DNA of 64,000 nucleotides from Myxococcota bacterium (GCA_039028615.1 JBCCHT010000003.1:32001-96000), one strand, 5' to 3'. Positions 42,633 through 52,487 are shown, numbered from the stretch's first letter. Notes: generated by a model from the letters alone, not told the origin. Numbers and translations are program-made.

Positions 42633-43388
42633 ATGGGGCGGGGGCTCTCGATCTCGGCGTTGGCCATCGCTGCGCTCGCATGCAGCCCGGATTCCTCGGC
42701 CGTGGGGGGAGCGGTGGCGGGCTCGAGCGGTTCGAGTGGCACGGGGTCGACCACCGATCCGAGCACGAGCGGGATGACGCTGGGCTCGACCGAGGACACG
42801 GCCACCACCACGAGCGGGGGGCCGGGCACCAGCGGCACCACCGTCGGAGCCGAGGGTCCCGCCAGCTCGACCGGCGACGATACGGACAGCTCGGGCGGCT
42901 CCACCAGCGACGGCACCACGGGCGACGGGCTCGGGATGATCGAGTACTGCACCATCGCCGACCTGCCGATCCCCGACAACGACGGTGGGGGCGTCAGCTC
43001 CGACATCGGCGTCGATCTGGCCGGGGGCGGCATCGTCCAGACGGTCGAGCTGGTGATCGTCGCCGCCCACTCCTACGTGGGTGATCTGCGTTTCGACCTG
43101 CGCAAGGGCGAGATGGAGATCGTGGTGATCGACCATCCGGGCGGCGGGGGCTGTGACGGCGACGACATCGACGTCCAGCTCCACGATGCGGCCAGCGACG
43201 CGGTCGGGGATGCCTGCATGCCGGCCAGCGTCCCCGCGCTCAGTGGCGAGCTGCGCCCGCAGCTGCCGTTGAACCCCGTCTTCTTCAACCAGCAGATGCT
43301 CGGCACCTGGCGTTTGCGAGCGACCGACGACGCCGGGGGCGACAGCGGGGTGCTTCAGCAGTGGTGCCTGCGGTTCACGTATCGCTGA
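42633..43388 (+). CDS. Lipoprotein with stand-alone proprotein-convertase P-domain
   Basis: ALAC lipobox, long Ser/Thr/Gly linker, IPDND...HSYVGDL...GTWRLRATD..GDSGVLQQWCLRF. Confidence 0.8.
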   Translation: MGRGLSISALAIAALACSPDSSAVGGAVAGSSGSSGTGSTTDPSTSGMTLGSTEDTATTTSGGPGTSGTTVGAEGPASSTGDDTDSSGGSTSDGTTGDGLGMIEYCTIADLPIPDNDGGGVSSDIGVDLAGGGIVQTVELVIVAAHSYVGDLRFDLRKGEMEIVVIDHPGGGGCDGDDIDVQLHDAASDAVGDACMPASVPALSGELRPQLPLNPVFFNQQMLGTWRLRATDDAGGDSGVLQQWCLRFTYR

Positions 43389-43593
43389 AGGATTTCAGCG
43401 CGTTGCTCGAGTGCGATATTTGCGCGGTGCCGAATCGCGGGCGCGGGAGACTCCAGTCACGTGCCCACAACGCGGCGCGAAGCCGAGCCAGATCGACGCT
43501 CGTGCCTCGACGTCCTGAATTTCGCTTTGCTCCTACGCGGGTGGCCGCCACACTATGGGTCCCACGACGGGGCCCAAGGGGACTTAGCAAGCG

Positions 43594-45042
43594 GTGACAC
43601 GGCACCAGGCGATCTTCTTTCGTCGGCTGATCTTCGTCTACGACGTGGTGATCACCACCGTGGCGTTCTTCGCCGCCCTCGGTATCCGGCAGAGCCTCGC
43701 TCTGTCGCACGCGGACGGGGTCCTCCCGGAGTTCCTCGTCCCGCTGGGCGCCACGCCCATCCACATCCCCGACTACTACCCCATGCTGTGGGGTCTGTGG
43801 CCGCTGTGGATCGTCGCCCTGTACTTCGGCGACAGCTCGGACTTCCGCATGCCGTATCGCCGGGTCGCGTTCCGCTACCTCAAGGTGGTGGGGCTCGGCC
43901 TCGTGTTCTTCGTGGCCGCGATCTTCGTGTTCAAGCTCGGCTTCGTCGCCCGGACCTTCGTGGTGCTGTTCGGCGCGGTGCAGCTGTTTTCGTTGTTGCT
44001 CGGCCGCGTCCTCATCATGGAGCTGGTCTCCACCTTCCGCCGCAAGTCGGTCGATGGACACCGCGTGCTGGTGGTGGGCCGAGGCGAGCAGTCGGTGGCC
44101 TTCGCCCGCTCGCTGCGGACCGGTGCGCCGTGGAACAACAAGCTCATCGGGCACGTCGAGGTGCCCAACGATTTCTCCGTGCCCGAGGCCCTGCCGGTCG
44201 TCGGTCAGCTGCGGGAGCTCGACAAGATCCTCGATGCCCAGCCCATCGACGAGGTCGTGTTCGCGGTGCCCGACCAGCCGCCCGAGATCTTCGAAGAGGC
44301 GCTGCGGCACTGTGAAGAGCGCGGCGTCGACGTGCTGCTGACCATGCCGCCCGACGTGCCGCGAGCCGGCAAGATCGAGGTCGCCCAGGTCACCGGATAC
44401 GACCTGCCCATGATCGGCATGCGCCGCACGCCGACCAGCGAGGGCCGGCTGCTGCTCAAGCGCCTGCTCGACCTCAGCGGGGCCATCTTCGGCCTGGTCG
44501 TGCTCTCGCCCCTGCTGCTGGTCACCGCGATCATCATCAAGGTCACCGACCCGGGCCCGATCTTCTTTTCTCAGGTCCGCTCGGGCCGCAACGGCCGCAA
44601 GTTTCGGATGCACAAGTTCCGATCGATGGTCGTCAACGCCGAGAAGCTCAAGGCCGAGCTCGAGAAGCTCAACGAGATGGACGGGCCGGTCTTCAAGATC
44701 AAGCACGACCCGCGCATCACCCGGATCGGCCGCTTCATCCGCAAGACCAGCATCGACGAGCTGCCTCAGCTGTTCAACGTGCTGCTCGGCGACATGAGCC
44801 TGGTGGGCCCGCGTCCGCCCTTGCCCTCCGAGGTCGCGCAGTACAAGCCGTGGCAGCGGCGTCGACTCTCGGTCAAGCCGGGCATCACCGGCCCCTGGCA
44901 GGTCTCCGGTCGCAACAACATCGACTTCGAAGAGTGGATGCGGATGGACCTCGAGTACATTGACAACTGGTCGCTGTGGCTCGATCTGCGGATCATCTTC
45001 ATGACGATCCCCGTGGTGCTCATCCACAAGGGCGCCAGCTGA
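43594..45042 (+). CDS. Polyprenyl-phosphate sugar-phosphotransferase (priming glycosyltransferase, WcaJ/EpsZ-like)
   Basis: KRLLD, KFRSM, DPRITRIGRFIRKTSIDELPQL, SLVGPRP and KPGITG motifs; N-terminal TM segments. Confidence 0.93.
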   Translation: MTRHQAIFFRRLIFVYDVVITTVAFFAALGIRQSLALSHADGVLPEFLVPLGATPIHIPDYYPMLWGLWPLWIVALYFGDSSDFRMPYRRVAFRYLKVVGLGLVFFVAAIFVFKLGFVARTFVVLFGAVQLFSLLLGRVLIMELVSTFRRKSVDGHRVLVVGRGEQSVAFARSLRTGAPWNNKLIGHVEVPNDFSVPEALPVVGQLRELDKILDAQPIDEVVFAVPDQPPEIFEEALRHCEERGVDVLLTMPPDVPRAGKIEVAQVTGYDLPMIGMRRTPTSEGRLLLKRLLDLSGAIFGLVVLSPLLLVTAIIIKVTDPGPIFFSQVRSGRNGRKFRMHKFRSMVVNAEKLKAELEKLNEMDGPVFKIKHDPRITRIGRFIRKTSIDELPQLFNVLLGDMSLVGPRPPLPSEVAQYKPWQRRRLSVKPGITGPWQVSGRNNIDFEEWMRMDLEYIDNWSLWLDLRIIFMTIPVVLIHKGAS

Positions 45043-45085
45043 AGTTCCGCCGTAGCGCGCCGCCATGCACGGCGCTGGGCCCCGA

Positions 45086-46726
45086 TCACGGAGCCGCGGT
45101 CGGCTTCGCCTCGGGCGGGGTTGGAAGCCCCTCCACCCGATACAGCACCCAGAGCCCCTCCCGGGCGACCTCGGTCGCCACGACATCCAACTTCTTCTTC
45201 ACCTTGGCCCCGGTCGACGCCCGCTTCTCGGGATCCCGCTGGCTCGACGGCGCCCGCACGATCACATAGTCCGAGTCCTGCACGTCCGCGGTTCGAAAAT
45301 TGCCGGGGCTCCAGTCCTCGGTCTGCCGCGGCCGCTGGCCCTCGGCGTAGTCGACCGGCAGGTGATGGGTGTACCGCGCCCAGAACTGGGTGCAGATCCC
45401 GTCGTACCGCACCGTGTAGTACATCGGCATGAAGTGCGGCACGCGAAACTGCTTGGCCAGGTGCGGGCTGTCGTTGTTGATGACCAGGCTCATCAACACC
45501 TTCCCCCGGTCCACCTGATCGAGCAGCCCGAACAACGACGTGGCTTCCCCGGCGGCTCGCTCGAGGCGATACGCCAGGTGCAGGAAGAACGCCACGCTGG
45601 CCACGATCAACGCCGTGCGCAGTCGCGGGGACGCGAACGCGGCCGAGGGCACGCTGCACGCGGCGAGCATCCAGCCGACCGACAGCAAGCGCAGGTCGAT
45701 GAAGGTGAGCTCGGTGGGTCGGTGCATGCCGAACGGCACCAGCCAGCCGAGCAGGACCATCAACAGCGCCACGCGGAGCAGGGCGCGGTTGGCCGGGGGC
45801 ATCACGTGCTCCTGCAGGTGCTCGCGTAGCGCCCGGCGGGTAGGGATGGCCAGCGCGAGCGCAGCAAGGCCCACCGCGACCAGCACGGGCAGCGTGAACG
45901 GCCCGAACATGGACCACAGCGAGTAGTTGATCTTGGAGGTGGTGCCCGACCACTCGAAGCCGAGCAGGATCGCGATGAACTCGACCCCGAAGCCGCGGCG
46001 CCAGGCTTCCTCGGGCTCGAGCGACGAGGCCTGGCCGAGTCCGGAGCTCCCCACCCAAAAGCCCACCCCGACGAGCACGAGGATCAGCAGCGCGGGGAGC
46101 AGTGCCCGGCGGGCCCGTGAGCGCTCGGGGTGGACGAGGGCGCACAGGACTAGGGCCGTGAACGCGGTCGCCCCGAGGAATGGATGCAACAGGGCGCAGA
46201 TCGCCGAGGCGACGACGGCTCCGATCGCCATGGGGCCGGGGCGGCGCGCGATCCAGCCGAGGGTCGACCCGATCGCGGCCAGCAGCAGCGGCAGACCCAG
46301 GTAGTAGGCCAAGAAGCCCATCACGACCGGGGGATTCCAGATGAACGGAATCACCAGCAGCGACGACCAGCGCGGGCTGTCGTTCGAGGGGCTGACCACG
46401 CGCACCACGAAGGCGAACGCGGCGAACATGCCGACCACGTACAGCGACATCAGCATGCGCATGCCCACCTCGACCGAGGCGCCGAACGACAGCCAGCGCA
46501 TCAGGTAGTAGCTGGTGAAGTAGGCCTGGAACTCGTCGATCGGGGCGTAGCGGGTCGAAAACGGCAGGCTGGGATCGCCGAAGTCGCGGAGGATCCTCGT
46601 GTAGGCCAGGTGTTGCGGCAGGTCCTGCTGCGGGAGCACGGGCAGCAGCCACACGAGCAACACGTTGGCGACGACCAGCAGCCAGAACGTCAGCTGCAAG
46701 GTGCGGGTCTGGGCATTGCGAGGCAA
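45086..46726 (-). CDS. Polytopic membrane protein, possibly GT-C-fold glycosyltransferase (start uncertain)
   Basis: LPQQDLPQH in the first loop, more than 10 TM segments, soluble C-terminal domain. The ORF-track N-terminus is an off-frame read of the neighbouring GS repeat. Confidence 0.65.
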   Translation of the reverse strand: MPRNAQTRTLQLTFWLLVVANVLLVWLLPVLPQQDLPQHLAYTRILRDFGDPSLPFSTRYAPIDEFQAYFTSYYLMRWLSFGASVEVGMRMLMSLYVVGMFAAFAFVVRVVSPSNDSPRWSSLLVIPFIWNPPVVMGFLAYYLGLPLLLAAIGSTLGWIARRPGPMAIGAVVASAICALLHPFLGATAFTALVLCALVHPERSRARRALLPALLILVLVGVGFWVGSSGLGQASSLEPEEAWRRGFGVEFIAILLGFEWSGTTSKINYSLWSMFGPFTLPVLVAVGLAALALAIPTRRALREHLQEHVMPPANRALLRVALLMVLLGWLVPFGMHRPTELTFIDLRLLSVGWMLAACSVPSAAFASPRLRTALIVASVAFFLHLAYRLERAAGEATSLFGLLDQVDRGKVLMSLVINNDSPHLAKQFRVPHFMPMYYTVRYDGICTQFWARYTHHLPVDYAEGQRPRQTEDWSPGNFRTADVQDSDYVIVRAPSSQRDPEKRASTGAKVKKKLDVVATEVAREGLWVLYRVEGLPTPPEAKPTAAP

Positions 46727-46820
46727 GCGACCATGACAGGGTCGGCCAACGCAGGGTGGGGTGCAAGACCGCTGCCCCGTTCTCGGTGCGTTCCTGGAGC
46801 CGCGGTGCGGCGCGTCGGAC

Positions 46821-47582
46821 TCAGGTCCCGGACCCAGAGCCAGATCCAGATCCAGAGCCAGATCCAGATCCAGAGCCGGACCCAGACCCGTCATCAGCGC
46901 ACGCCATCATCGGCCACGAACCGCCACCCGGCCCGTTGCCGGATCCGCTACCACTACCGCTACCGCCACTGCGGCATGGGGTGCAGCCGTAGTTCTGGTG
47001 GAAGACCCCCGTCCCCCCGACGGTCGCCGTGTATTTGCAATCGACAGCGCCGCCGGGTTCCGCGTTCCAGACGAACTTCCAGGAACAGTTCCCCTCCGGC
47101 GGCCCCCACTCCGCGGGGCAGTAGAAGTTGTGGCGATGAAAATCGCAGCCGGTCTGTCCTGCGGGGCAGCCCGGGCACTCCCAGCCCTCCGTAAAATCGT
47201 CCAACTCGTCAAAGGCCGATACGCGAGCCGCCTCGACTGCGGCCGCAACTCCACCGATCGCGAGTGCCGCGGCTGCGTCGCACGCCTCGGTGGTGACGGG
47301 CGTATCAACACCACAGGCCGCCTGGGCGGCCGCTACAGTGGCATAGGGGCCGCGGGTGACTTCGGCGGAGGCCTCGTATGGCTCATCATGCTCGATGAAG
47401 TTGTCCATCTTGCCGCAGGTGAGCTGGTCTTCGTTGGCGGCCGGGGCGGCCACCCCCGGGTCGCCGTCGCGATCGTCCCAGTCGTCCGGAACGGTGTCAT
47501 CGAGTGAACACCCCCCGAAGGCCATTGCGGTGGCGAGAACGCTGAGAGAACAGGTGAGAAAGAAACGGTTTCGTGCGTTCAT
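46821..47582 (-). CDS. Hypothetical Cys-rich lipoprotein with Gly-Ser repeat tail
   Basis: FGGC lipobox; C-terminal (GS)n encoded by GGATCT/GGCTCT repeats. Confidence 0.7.
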   Translation of the reverse strand: MNARNRFFLTCSLSVLATAMAFGGCSLDDTVPDDWDDRDGDPGVAAPAANEDQLTCGKMDNFIEHDEPYEASAEVTRGPYATVAAAQAACGVDTPVTTEACDAAAALAIGGVAAAVEAARVSAFDELDDFTEGWECPGCPAGQTGCDFHRHNFYCPAEWGPPEGNCSWKFVWNAEPGGAVDCKYTATVGGTGVFHQNYGCTPCRSGGSGSGSGSGNGPGGGSWPMMACADDGSGSGSGSGSGSGSGSGSGSGT

Positions 47583-47785
47583 GGTGCCTATCCGGCTGGC
47601 TTTCAGCCAAGGTGAGCGTGTCAGGTTTTCTCTGTATGGAGAAGTTGTACGTTGCAGGGGCAGTCGTTCTTCAAAGTGAATTGCCAAATTGTTGAGGGTT
47701 CGATTCCGTCCATGACAGGAACGAGTCGACCGCTTCTCAGTAGCCGTGCTGCGGTCGCTCGTGTTCGAGCTTCGGATGTTCGGTT

Positions 47786-48259
47786 TTGAGCAACCGGGCC
47801 TCTCGGCGCGGGTGGCTGGGCACTTGTGGTGACCTTCAGGTCTCCTTCGCGTGGCGTGCTGTTGAACGCTGGCCGGTAGCGACAGTGGGGAGCGGTCACG
47901 CGTACCTACGTCAGAGTGACTGCCTCCGAAGCGGCGAGTGGTGGGTCAAGCACTCGTGGATCGTCGACGGCGAGGGCTACTACAACTGCGAGATGACTCC
48001 TCGAGAAAGCTACGATGACTGCTTCGTTGTCGAAGGCGTCATGCTCGAAGACGGCATCACCATGGAGATTGGTGGCACGACCGAAGAAGGCGAGTTCTTC
48101 AACCGCCGACGAGCTCTCTTTGACACCAGCCCTCCCGGATACGAACTCGTCCGATTCGAACCCGACGCCTCCGACCCGCAAGCGGAATCGCAAGAAACCT
48201 TGGTGGCCAGCGCATCGCGACCCACGTCCCAGTGCCAGCCGGAGTACGTAGTGCGATAG
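47786..48259 (+). CDS. Hypothetical protein, possibly a 5'-degraded gene
   Basis: The C-terminal two-thirds look coding (acidic, G/C-ending codons); the N-terminus does not. Confidence 0.35.
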   Translation: MSNRASRRGWLGTCGDLQVSFAWRAVERWPVATVGSGHAYLRQSDCLRSGEWWVKHSWIVDGEGYYNCEMTPRESYDDCFVVEGVMLEDGITMEIGGTTEEGEFFNRRRALFDTSPPGYELVRFEPDASDPQAESQETLVASASRPTSQCQPEYVVR

Positions 48260-48435
48260 CGTCGCCGGGCTTTGGTCTGCGGGGTCAGTACTAGGCCCGA
48301 TACTGCGTCGAGTTTCGCGGCCTTGCCCTCGGAGGGCCCAACTCCGCACCTGCCGACACGCGAGGGTCTCGAAACAGCTCCTGGGCCTGCCCGCGAGCCG
48401 TTTTGTGGACAGTGGCGCCTGATATGCTCCGCGCG

Positions 48436-49767
48436 ATGGCTGCTCGCGTTTGGATCTCCACCGCCTTCGTCACCACTGCGGCTGCCCTCGCCCTCGCGAT
48501 GGGCTGCGGCTCGAGCTCGGACAAGGGCGGCGACAAAGACGAGAAGGCCGAGGGCGGTGCCAAGGGCGAAAAGGCCGGTCCGAAGACACCGGACCAGATC
48601 GCAGCCGCATACCCCGTCGGATCGACCGCAGGCTGTGACGCCAAGGCGCTCGAGGCCGCGACCGGGACGTTGAAGGACGTGCCCGCCGATGGCCTGGCCA
48701 AGGCTGCGGGGGCGGCGATCACCGCGGCCTGTGGCGAAGCGCTCAGCGACGAGCAGAAGAGGTTCCTCCGCCTCGTCGAGCAGAACCTGCGACCGTTCAC
48801 CGACGGCGTCGAGAAGGAGACGGACGCGATCGCGGCCGAGGCCTGCCCCTCGCTGGCCAAGCTTCGGGCCGACAACGCCAAGGTGGCCCCGCTGGACGCC
48901 GCGCAGGCCATCTTCGACGGCTGTGGCTTCGCCGAGTACGGGGTGCTGAGCAAAGACGACGTCACCGCGTACTACGGGGCCGACCCATGGGCGAACAGCT
49001 TCTTCCCCTGGCTCGCCGAGCGGGGCGTCGCTGGTCCGGTTGCCGCTTCCGTCGTGCGCGGGCTGCTGACCTTCCAGACCCACACGGCAGGCGCGGCGTC
49101 GATGGGCTCCGAGGGGCGACTGCCCACCGTGGCCAAGGCGGGCGCGATTCCGGTGTGCCCCATCGTTCGCGTCAGCACCCGCTCCATCGATCTGGACTGG
49201 AAGAAGCTGGTGATGATCGGGCCGGAAAAGGAGATCGATCCTTCGGCGCTGCGCGGGCACCTGGTCGGCCCGCTGTACAAAGAACTCGAACCGCTGCGCC
49301 CCGCGGACGGCGACGAGACCCCGCTGTGCATCGCGGCTGACGCGACCATGCCCTTTTCCACGGTCGTCGACCTGATGTACACGGGCGCCCGCTTGAACTT
49401 TCGGCACTTTGCCTGGGTGGTCGCGACTGAAGACAAGCCGCACGGGTTTGGGGCCGTGCCTGCCGATCCGCCGAGCTTTGCTCGTCCCGGCCAAGAGGCG
49501 CCCTTTGGTCCGGGCCTGCGCCTGAGCACCTCGGCCATCTCCATGGAGCTGGCCTCCGAGGGCTACGAGAAGAAGTACGAGGCGATCGGGACGGGCCTGG
49601 ACTACGACGCGCTGGCCAAGAAGCTCGGCCGCATGAAGCTCGAGGTTCCCGACGCCAGCATCGTCACCATCCGGGCCGACGGCGAGGTCCCGGTCTCCGT
49701 GCTCGCGAAGACCTTGGCCGTGGGGGCCGAGGCCGGCTTCCAGCCGGTCGTCGAGGCGGGACCCTAG
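48436..49767 (+). CDS. Lipoprotein with two ExbD/TolR-like periplasmic domains
   Basis: AMGC lipobox; LCIAADATMPFSTVVDLMYT and VTIRADGEVPVSVLAKTL both resemble the ExbD C-terminal motif. Confidence 0.65.
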   Translation: MAARVWISTAFVTTAAALALAMGCGSSSDKGGDKDEKAEGGAKGEKAGPKTPDQIAAAYPVGSTAGCDAKALEAATGTLKDVPADGLAKAAGAAITAACGEALSDEQKRFLRLVEQNLRPFTDGVEKETDAIAAEACPSLAKLRADNAKVAPLDAAQAIFDGCGFAEYGVLSKDDVTAYYGADPWANSFFPWLAERGVAGPVAASVVRGLLTFQTHTAGAASMGSEGRLPTVAKAGAIPVCPIVRVSTRSIDLDWKKLVMIGPEKEIDPSALRGHLVGPLYKELEPLRPADGDETPLCIAADATMPFSTVVDLMYTGARLNFRHFAWVVATEDKPHGFGAVPADPPSFARPGQEAPFGPGLRLSTSAISMELASEGYEKKYEAIGTGLDYDALAKKLGRMKLEVPDASIVTIRADGEVPVSVLAKTLAVGAEAGFQPVVEAGP

Positions 49768-49770
49768 CCC

Positions 49771-52293
49771 CTAGAACGACTTGCTCGGCCAGGGGTTGAA
49801 CGAGAACCGACGCACCCGGGTGAGCCAGGGCAGCAGCTCCTCCACGGGGAGCGCGTCGGTGCCCGCGTCCCGGACCGCCGAGTGCAGCTCTCGCCAGCGA
49901 CGCTCGCGACGGTCGGAGGTCGTGTCCTTGGCCAGCTCGATGATCGCCGCGCCGAGGGTCGGCTGCCGGGTGTGGGCCAGGGCCTCGAACACCACCGCCG
50001 CCTCGCCCGAGCGTCCGACCTGAATGGCCAGCAAGGTCATCACCCGTAGGTAGGACTGGTCGGCGATGTACTCGTCGATGTCGTCGGCGGGGATCTCCGC
50101 TCGCAGCAAGCGATAGGTGTTCACCAGAGCCTTGGCCAGCCGCGGGGTGTCGATCACCGCGTGGAGGTTCTTGGCGAAGGCGACCTCGTCGTCGTCCAGC
50201 TCCAGCACCAGGTCGCAGGCGAGGTCCTCTTCTTCGGCCGCGCGGGCCTTCGCCGTGGCCTCGGACTTCGCCTCCTCGGTGGTCTTCGAGTCTTCGGGCT
50301 TCTTGGAGCCCTCGGGCTTCTTGGAGGTCTCGGCCTTCTTCGAGTCGTCGGCCTTCTTCGAGTCGTCGTTCGCCGTGGGCTCGCTCGCGTCCTTGCTTCC
50401 GAACTTCTTCTCCAGCCCCGGCTCGAGCACGTGCTCCACGAGCGACGCAAAGCCGCGGGGGCCCATGGGGCGCAGCGAGAACGGGATCTGGAACACCTTC
50501 TCCAAGTAGTGCTGCGGCGTGGGGCGAGCCTCGTCGACCGGCCGATCGGGGCCACGCGGCGGCCCGAGCAGGCGCTCGTAGTGCAGGCTCAGCGAGCGCC
50601 GCAGCCAGCGAACGTCCACCGCGAGCACCACCACGAAGATCGGCGTCGCCAGCAGCAGGTGCACGGCTTGCAGCACCTCGACCACGCGCTCCGGCTCGCA
50701 GCGATCGAGGTCGTCGATGTAGATGACGATCCGCGACACGGGCGGGGCAGGGGCATCTTCACCGGGCCCCTCCTTTTCGACCTGGCGCAGGATTTCCTCG
50801 AGCTTGGCGAAGTCTTCGCGAACGGTGGAGACCAGGCCGAGGTGCTGCCGGTAGTCGTCACTCTCGCCCTTGTCGCGGATGAAGCTGTAAAAGCGCTGCC
50901 CGCCGTCGAGTTCCTTGAGCGCCTTGCGGGCCCGGGTGACGTCCTCGGCGGCGAGTTCGGCCGCCGTCTGTGCGCTCTCGGTCCCGGCCGCGGCGGACTC
51001 GTAGCGGCGTCGGGCGTCGTCCAGCGCGTTGATCCCCGGGGCCAGCAGGTCCCGGGCCGCGCCATCGAGGAAGTCGGTGACGGTGGCGTGGGTCTGGTTG
51101 GCGACCGCATAGCCCAGCTTGGCCTTCTCGATGTTGGGCGAGACGATGGCCCACCACGCCACGCAGGTGCTGACGATGCCGGTCACGAAGCCCACGCAGG
51201 TGGTGCCCAGGGTGATGGCGGGCTCCAGATCGATGATCTCCCGCCACGCCAGGATCGCCAGCACGATGCCGAGCACGATCAGGATGAGGCCCACGATGAT
51301 GCCGATGCGGGTCCACTTCCCCTGCGACCAGATCCACCGCAGGCTGATCCGCAACGCGGCGATGGGATTTTTGACCTTGAGCACGGGCCGCGGCTCGGCC
51401 CCCTCCACGCCCTCGAGGTCGCCCGTGACCGGCGCGGCACATTCCACCACCGCCAGCTCTTCGCGCAGGGCCTCGAGCTCGCGCTCGCGCTCGTCTCGCT
51501 CGACCTTGGCCTCCGCGAGGATCTTCTCCGCGTCCTCGAGCTCGACGCTCGCCTCTTCGCGTCGCCGATTGCCGTCGCTGATCTCGTTGAGCAGGCGCGC
51601 CCGCGTCTCGTCGATCTTCTCCTTCGGATTGATGATCTCCGCGAGCTGGTCGAAGATTCGCGTGACCAGGCTGGCCCACAGGTTGGGCTCGGCGAAGTGC
51701 CAGGCGTTGAAGTCGACCTGGGCGACCCGCGAGTGCCAGCGGTCTTCGAGCTCGGCGAGACCGGCGTCGTCGCCCTTCGTTTCGAGCTTGGTCGCGACGC
51801 GATCGTAGGCATCGCAGCGGGCCTGCACCTTGGCCTGGAGCTGCGACATGAAGAAGCTCTTGCCCGCGCCCCAGTCTCCGAACAGGCCCACCGACAGCGG
51901 CGTCCCGGTTCGGCGGGAGCACAGCACGCGGGCGAAGGCCTGGGCCTCCACGTTCACGCCGAGCACGTCGGCGCCGTGCTGCTCGCCCTTGGCGATGCCC
52001 TTGGCGGCGGACGGGTCGTCGAAGTCGGTCGGCTCGAACACCGCCGGAGGCACGACCTTGCGCGTGGGGCTGGGGTTGGACGCCACTTGGCTCAGCAGCG
52101 TCATCCCTTGCTCGTTCAGCGTGGCGCCATCGCCTTTTTGACCTTGTTCGGCGAGGAACGCCGCGACGGCCGCCTGCGTACGCGATCCATAGTCACCGTC
52201 GACCAGGACCACATAGCCCGCCTGGTTCAGCCAACGCTGCAACTGCTCGACATCGTCGCCACTCTCCCCGCGACGCAAAGTGCCACCCATCAT
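49771..52293 (-). CDS. KAP-family P-loop NTPase with N-terminal peptidoglycan-binding domain
   Basis: LRRGESGDDVEQLQRWL...VDGDYGSRT (PG_binding_1); GLFGDWGAGKS (Walker A), FNAW, two TM helices, IDDLDRC (Walker B), YLEKVFQIPF. Confidence 0.9.
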   Translation of the reverse strand: MMGGTLRRGESGDDVEQLQRWLNQAGYVVLVDGDYGSRTQAAVAAFLAEQGQKGDGATLNEQGMTLLSQVASNPSPTRKVVPPAVFEPTDFDDPSAAKGIAKGEQHGADVLGVNVEAQAFARVLCSRRTGTPLSVGLFGDWGAGKSFFMSQLQAKVQARCDAYDRVATKLETKGDDAGLAELEDRWHSRVAQVDFNAWHFAEPNLWASLVTRIFDQLAEIINPKEKIDETRARLLNEISDGNRRREEASVELEDAEKILAEAKVERDERERELEALREELAVVECAAPVTGDLEGVEGAEPRPVLKVKNPIAALRISLRWIWSQGKWTRIGIIVGLILIVLGIVLAILAWREIIDLEPAITLGTTCVGFVTGIVSTCVAWWAIVSPNIEKAKLGYAVANQTHATVTDFLDGAARDLLAPGINALDDARRRYESAAAGTESAQTAAELAAEDVTRARKALKELDGGQRFYSFIRDKGESDDYRQHLGLVSTVREDFAKLEEILRQVEKEGPGEDAPAPPVSRIVIYIDDLDRCEPERVVEVLQAVHLLLATPIFVVVLAVDVRWLRRSLSLHYERLLGPPRGPDRPVDEARPTPQHYLEKVFQIPFSLRPMGPRGFASLVEHVLEPGLEKKFGSKDASEPTANDDSKKADDSKKAETSKKPEGSKKPEDSKTTEEAKSEATAKARAAEEEDLACDLVLELDDDEVAFAKNLHAVIDTPRLAKALVNTYRLLRAEIPADDIDEYIADQSYLRVMTLLAIQVGRSGEAAVVFEALAHTRQPTLGAAIIELAKDTTSDRRERRWRELHSAVRDAGTDALPVEELLPWLTRVRRFSFNPWPSKSF
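50283..50368 (-). repeat. 18-bp imperfect tandem coding repeat (SKKxxx)
   Basis: Encodes DDSKKADDSKKAETSKKPEGSKKPEDSKT. Confidence 0.7.
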
Positions 52294-52394
52294 GGTGGTC
52301 GGGATTGTTGCATGGGCGTGACGGGTCGCGGGGACGGGATCGAGCGCGACGCAGCGGGCCCACGAGCCGCCGATGATCGAAATCGCGTGGGTTC

Positions 52395-52462
52395 AAAAAA
52401 GGAACCCGACCGTCCGGTCCGCGAGCCAGGTAGGCAGGGGCTCGCGGACCGGGGTCGGGTCC
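52395..52462 (-). terminator. Rho-independent terminator
   Basis: Long stem (52401-52427 pairing with 52439-52462) followed on the minus strand by TTTTTT (plus-strand AAAAAA at 52395-52400). Confidence 0.75.
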
Positions 52463-52487
52463 ACGGTGGTGATGCGGGACGCGCGCT

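Noticed and set aside
46830..46894. Tandem 6/12-bp repeats as a possible CRISPR array or N-terminus of ORF 45086-46894
   Set aside because: They are the (Gly-Ser)n tail of the 46821-47582 gene; no spacers or cas genes are present.
47655..47715. GGTTCGATTCC T-loop-like motif with CTTCAAA upstream (tRNA-Sec-like or att remnant)
   Set aside because: No acceptor, D or anticodon stems can be formed, the T-stem has a mismatch, and no integrase is nearby.
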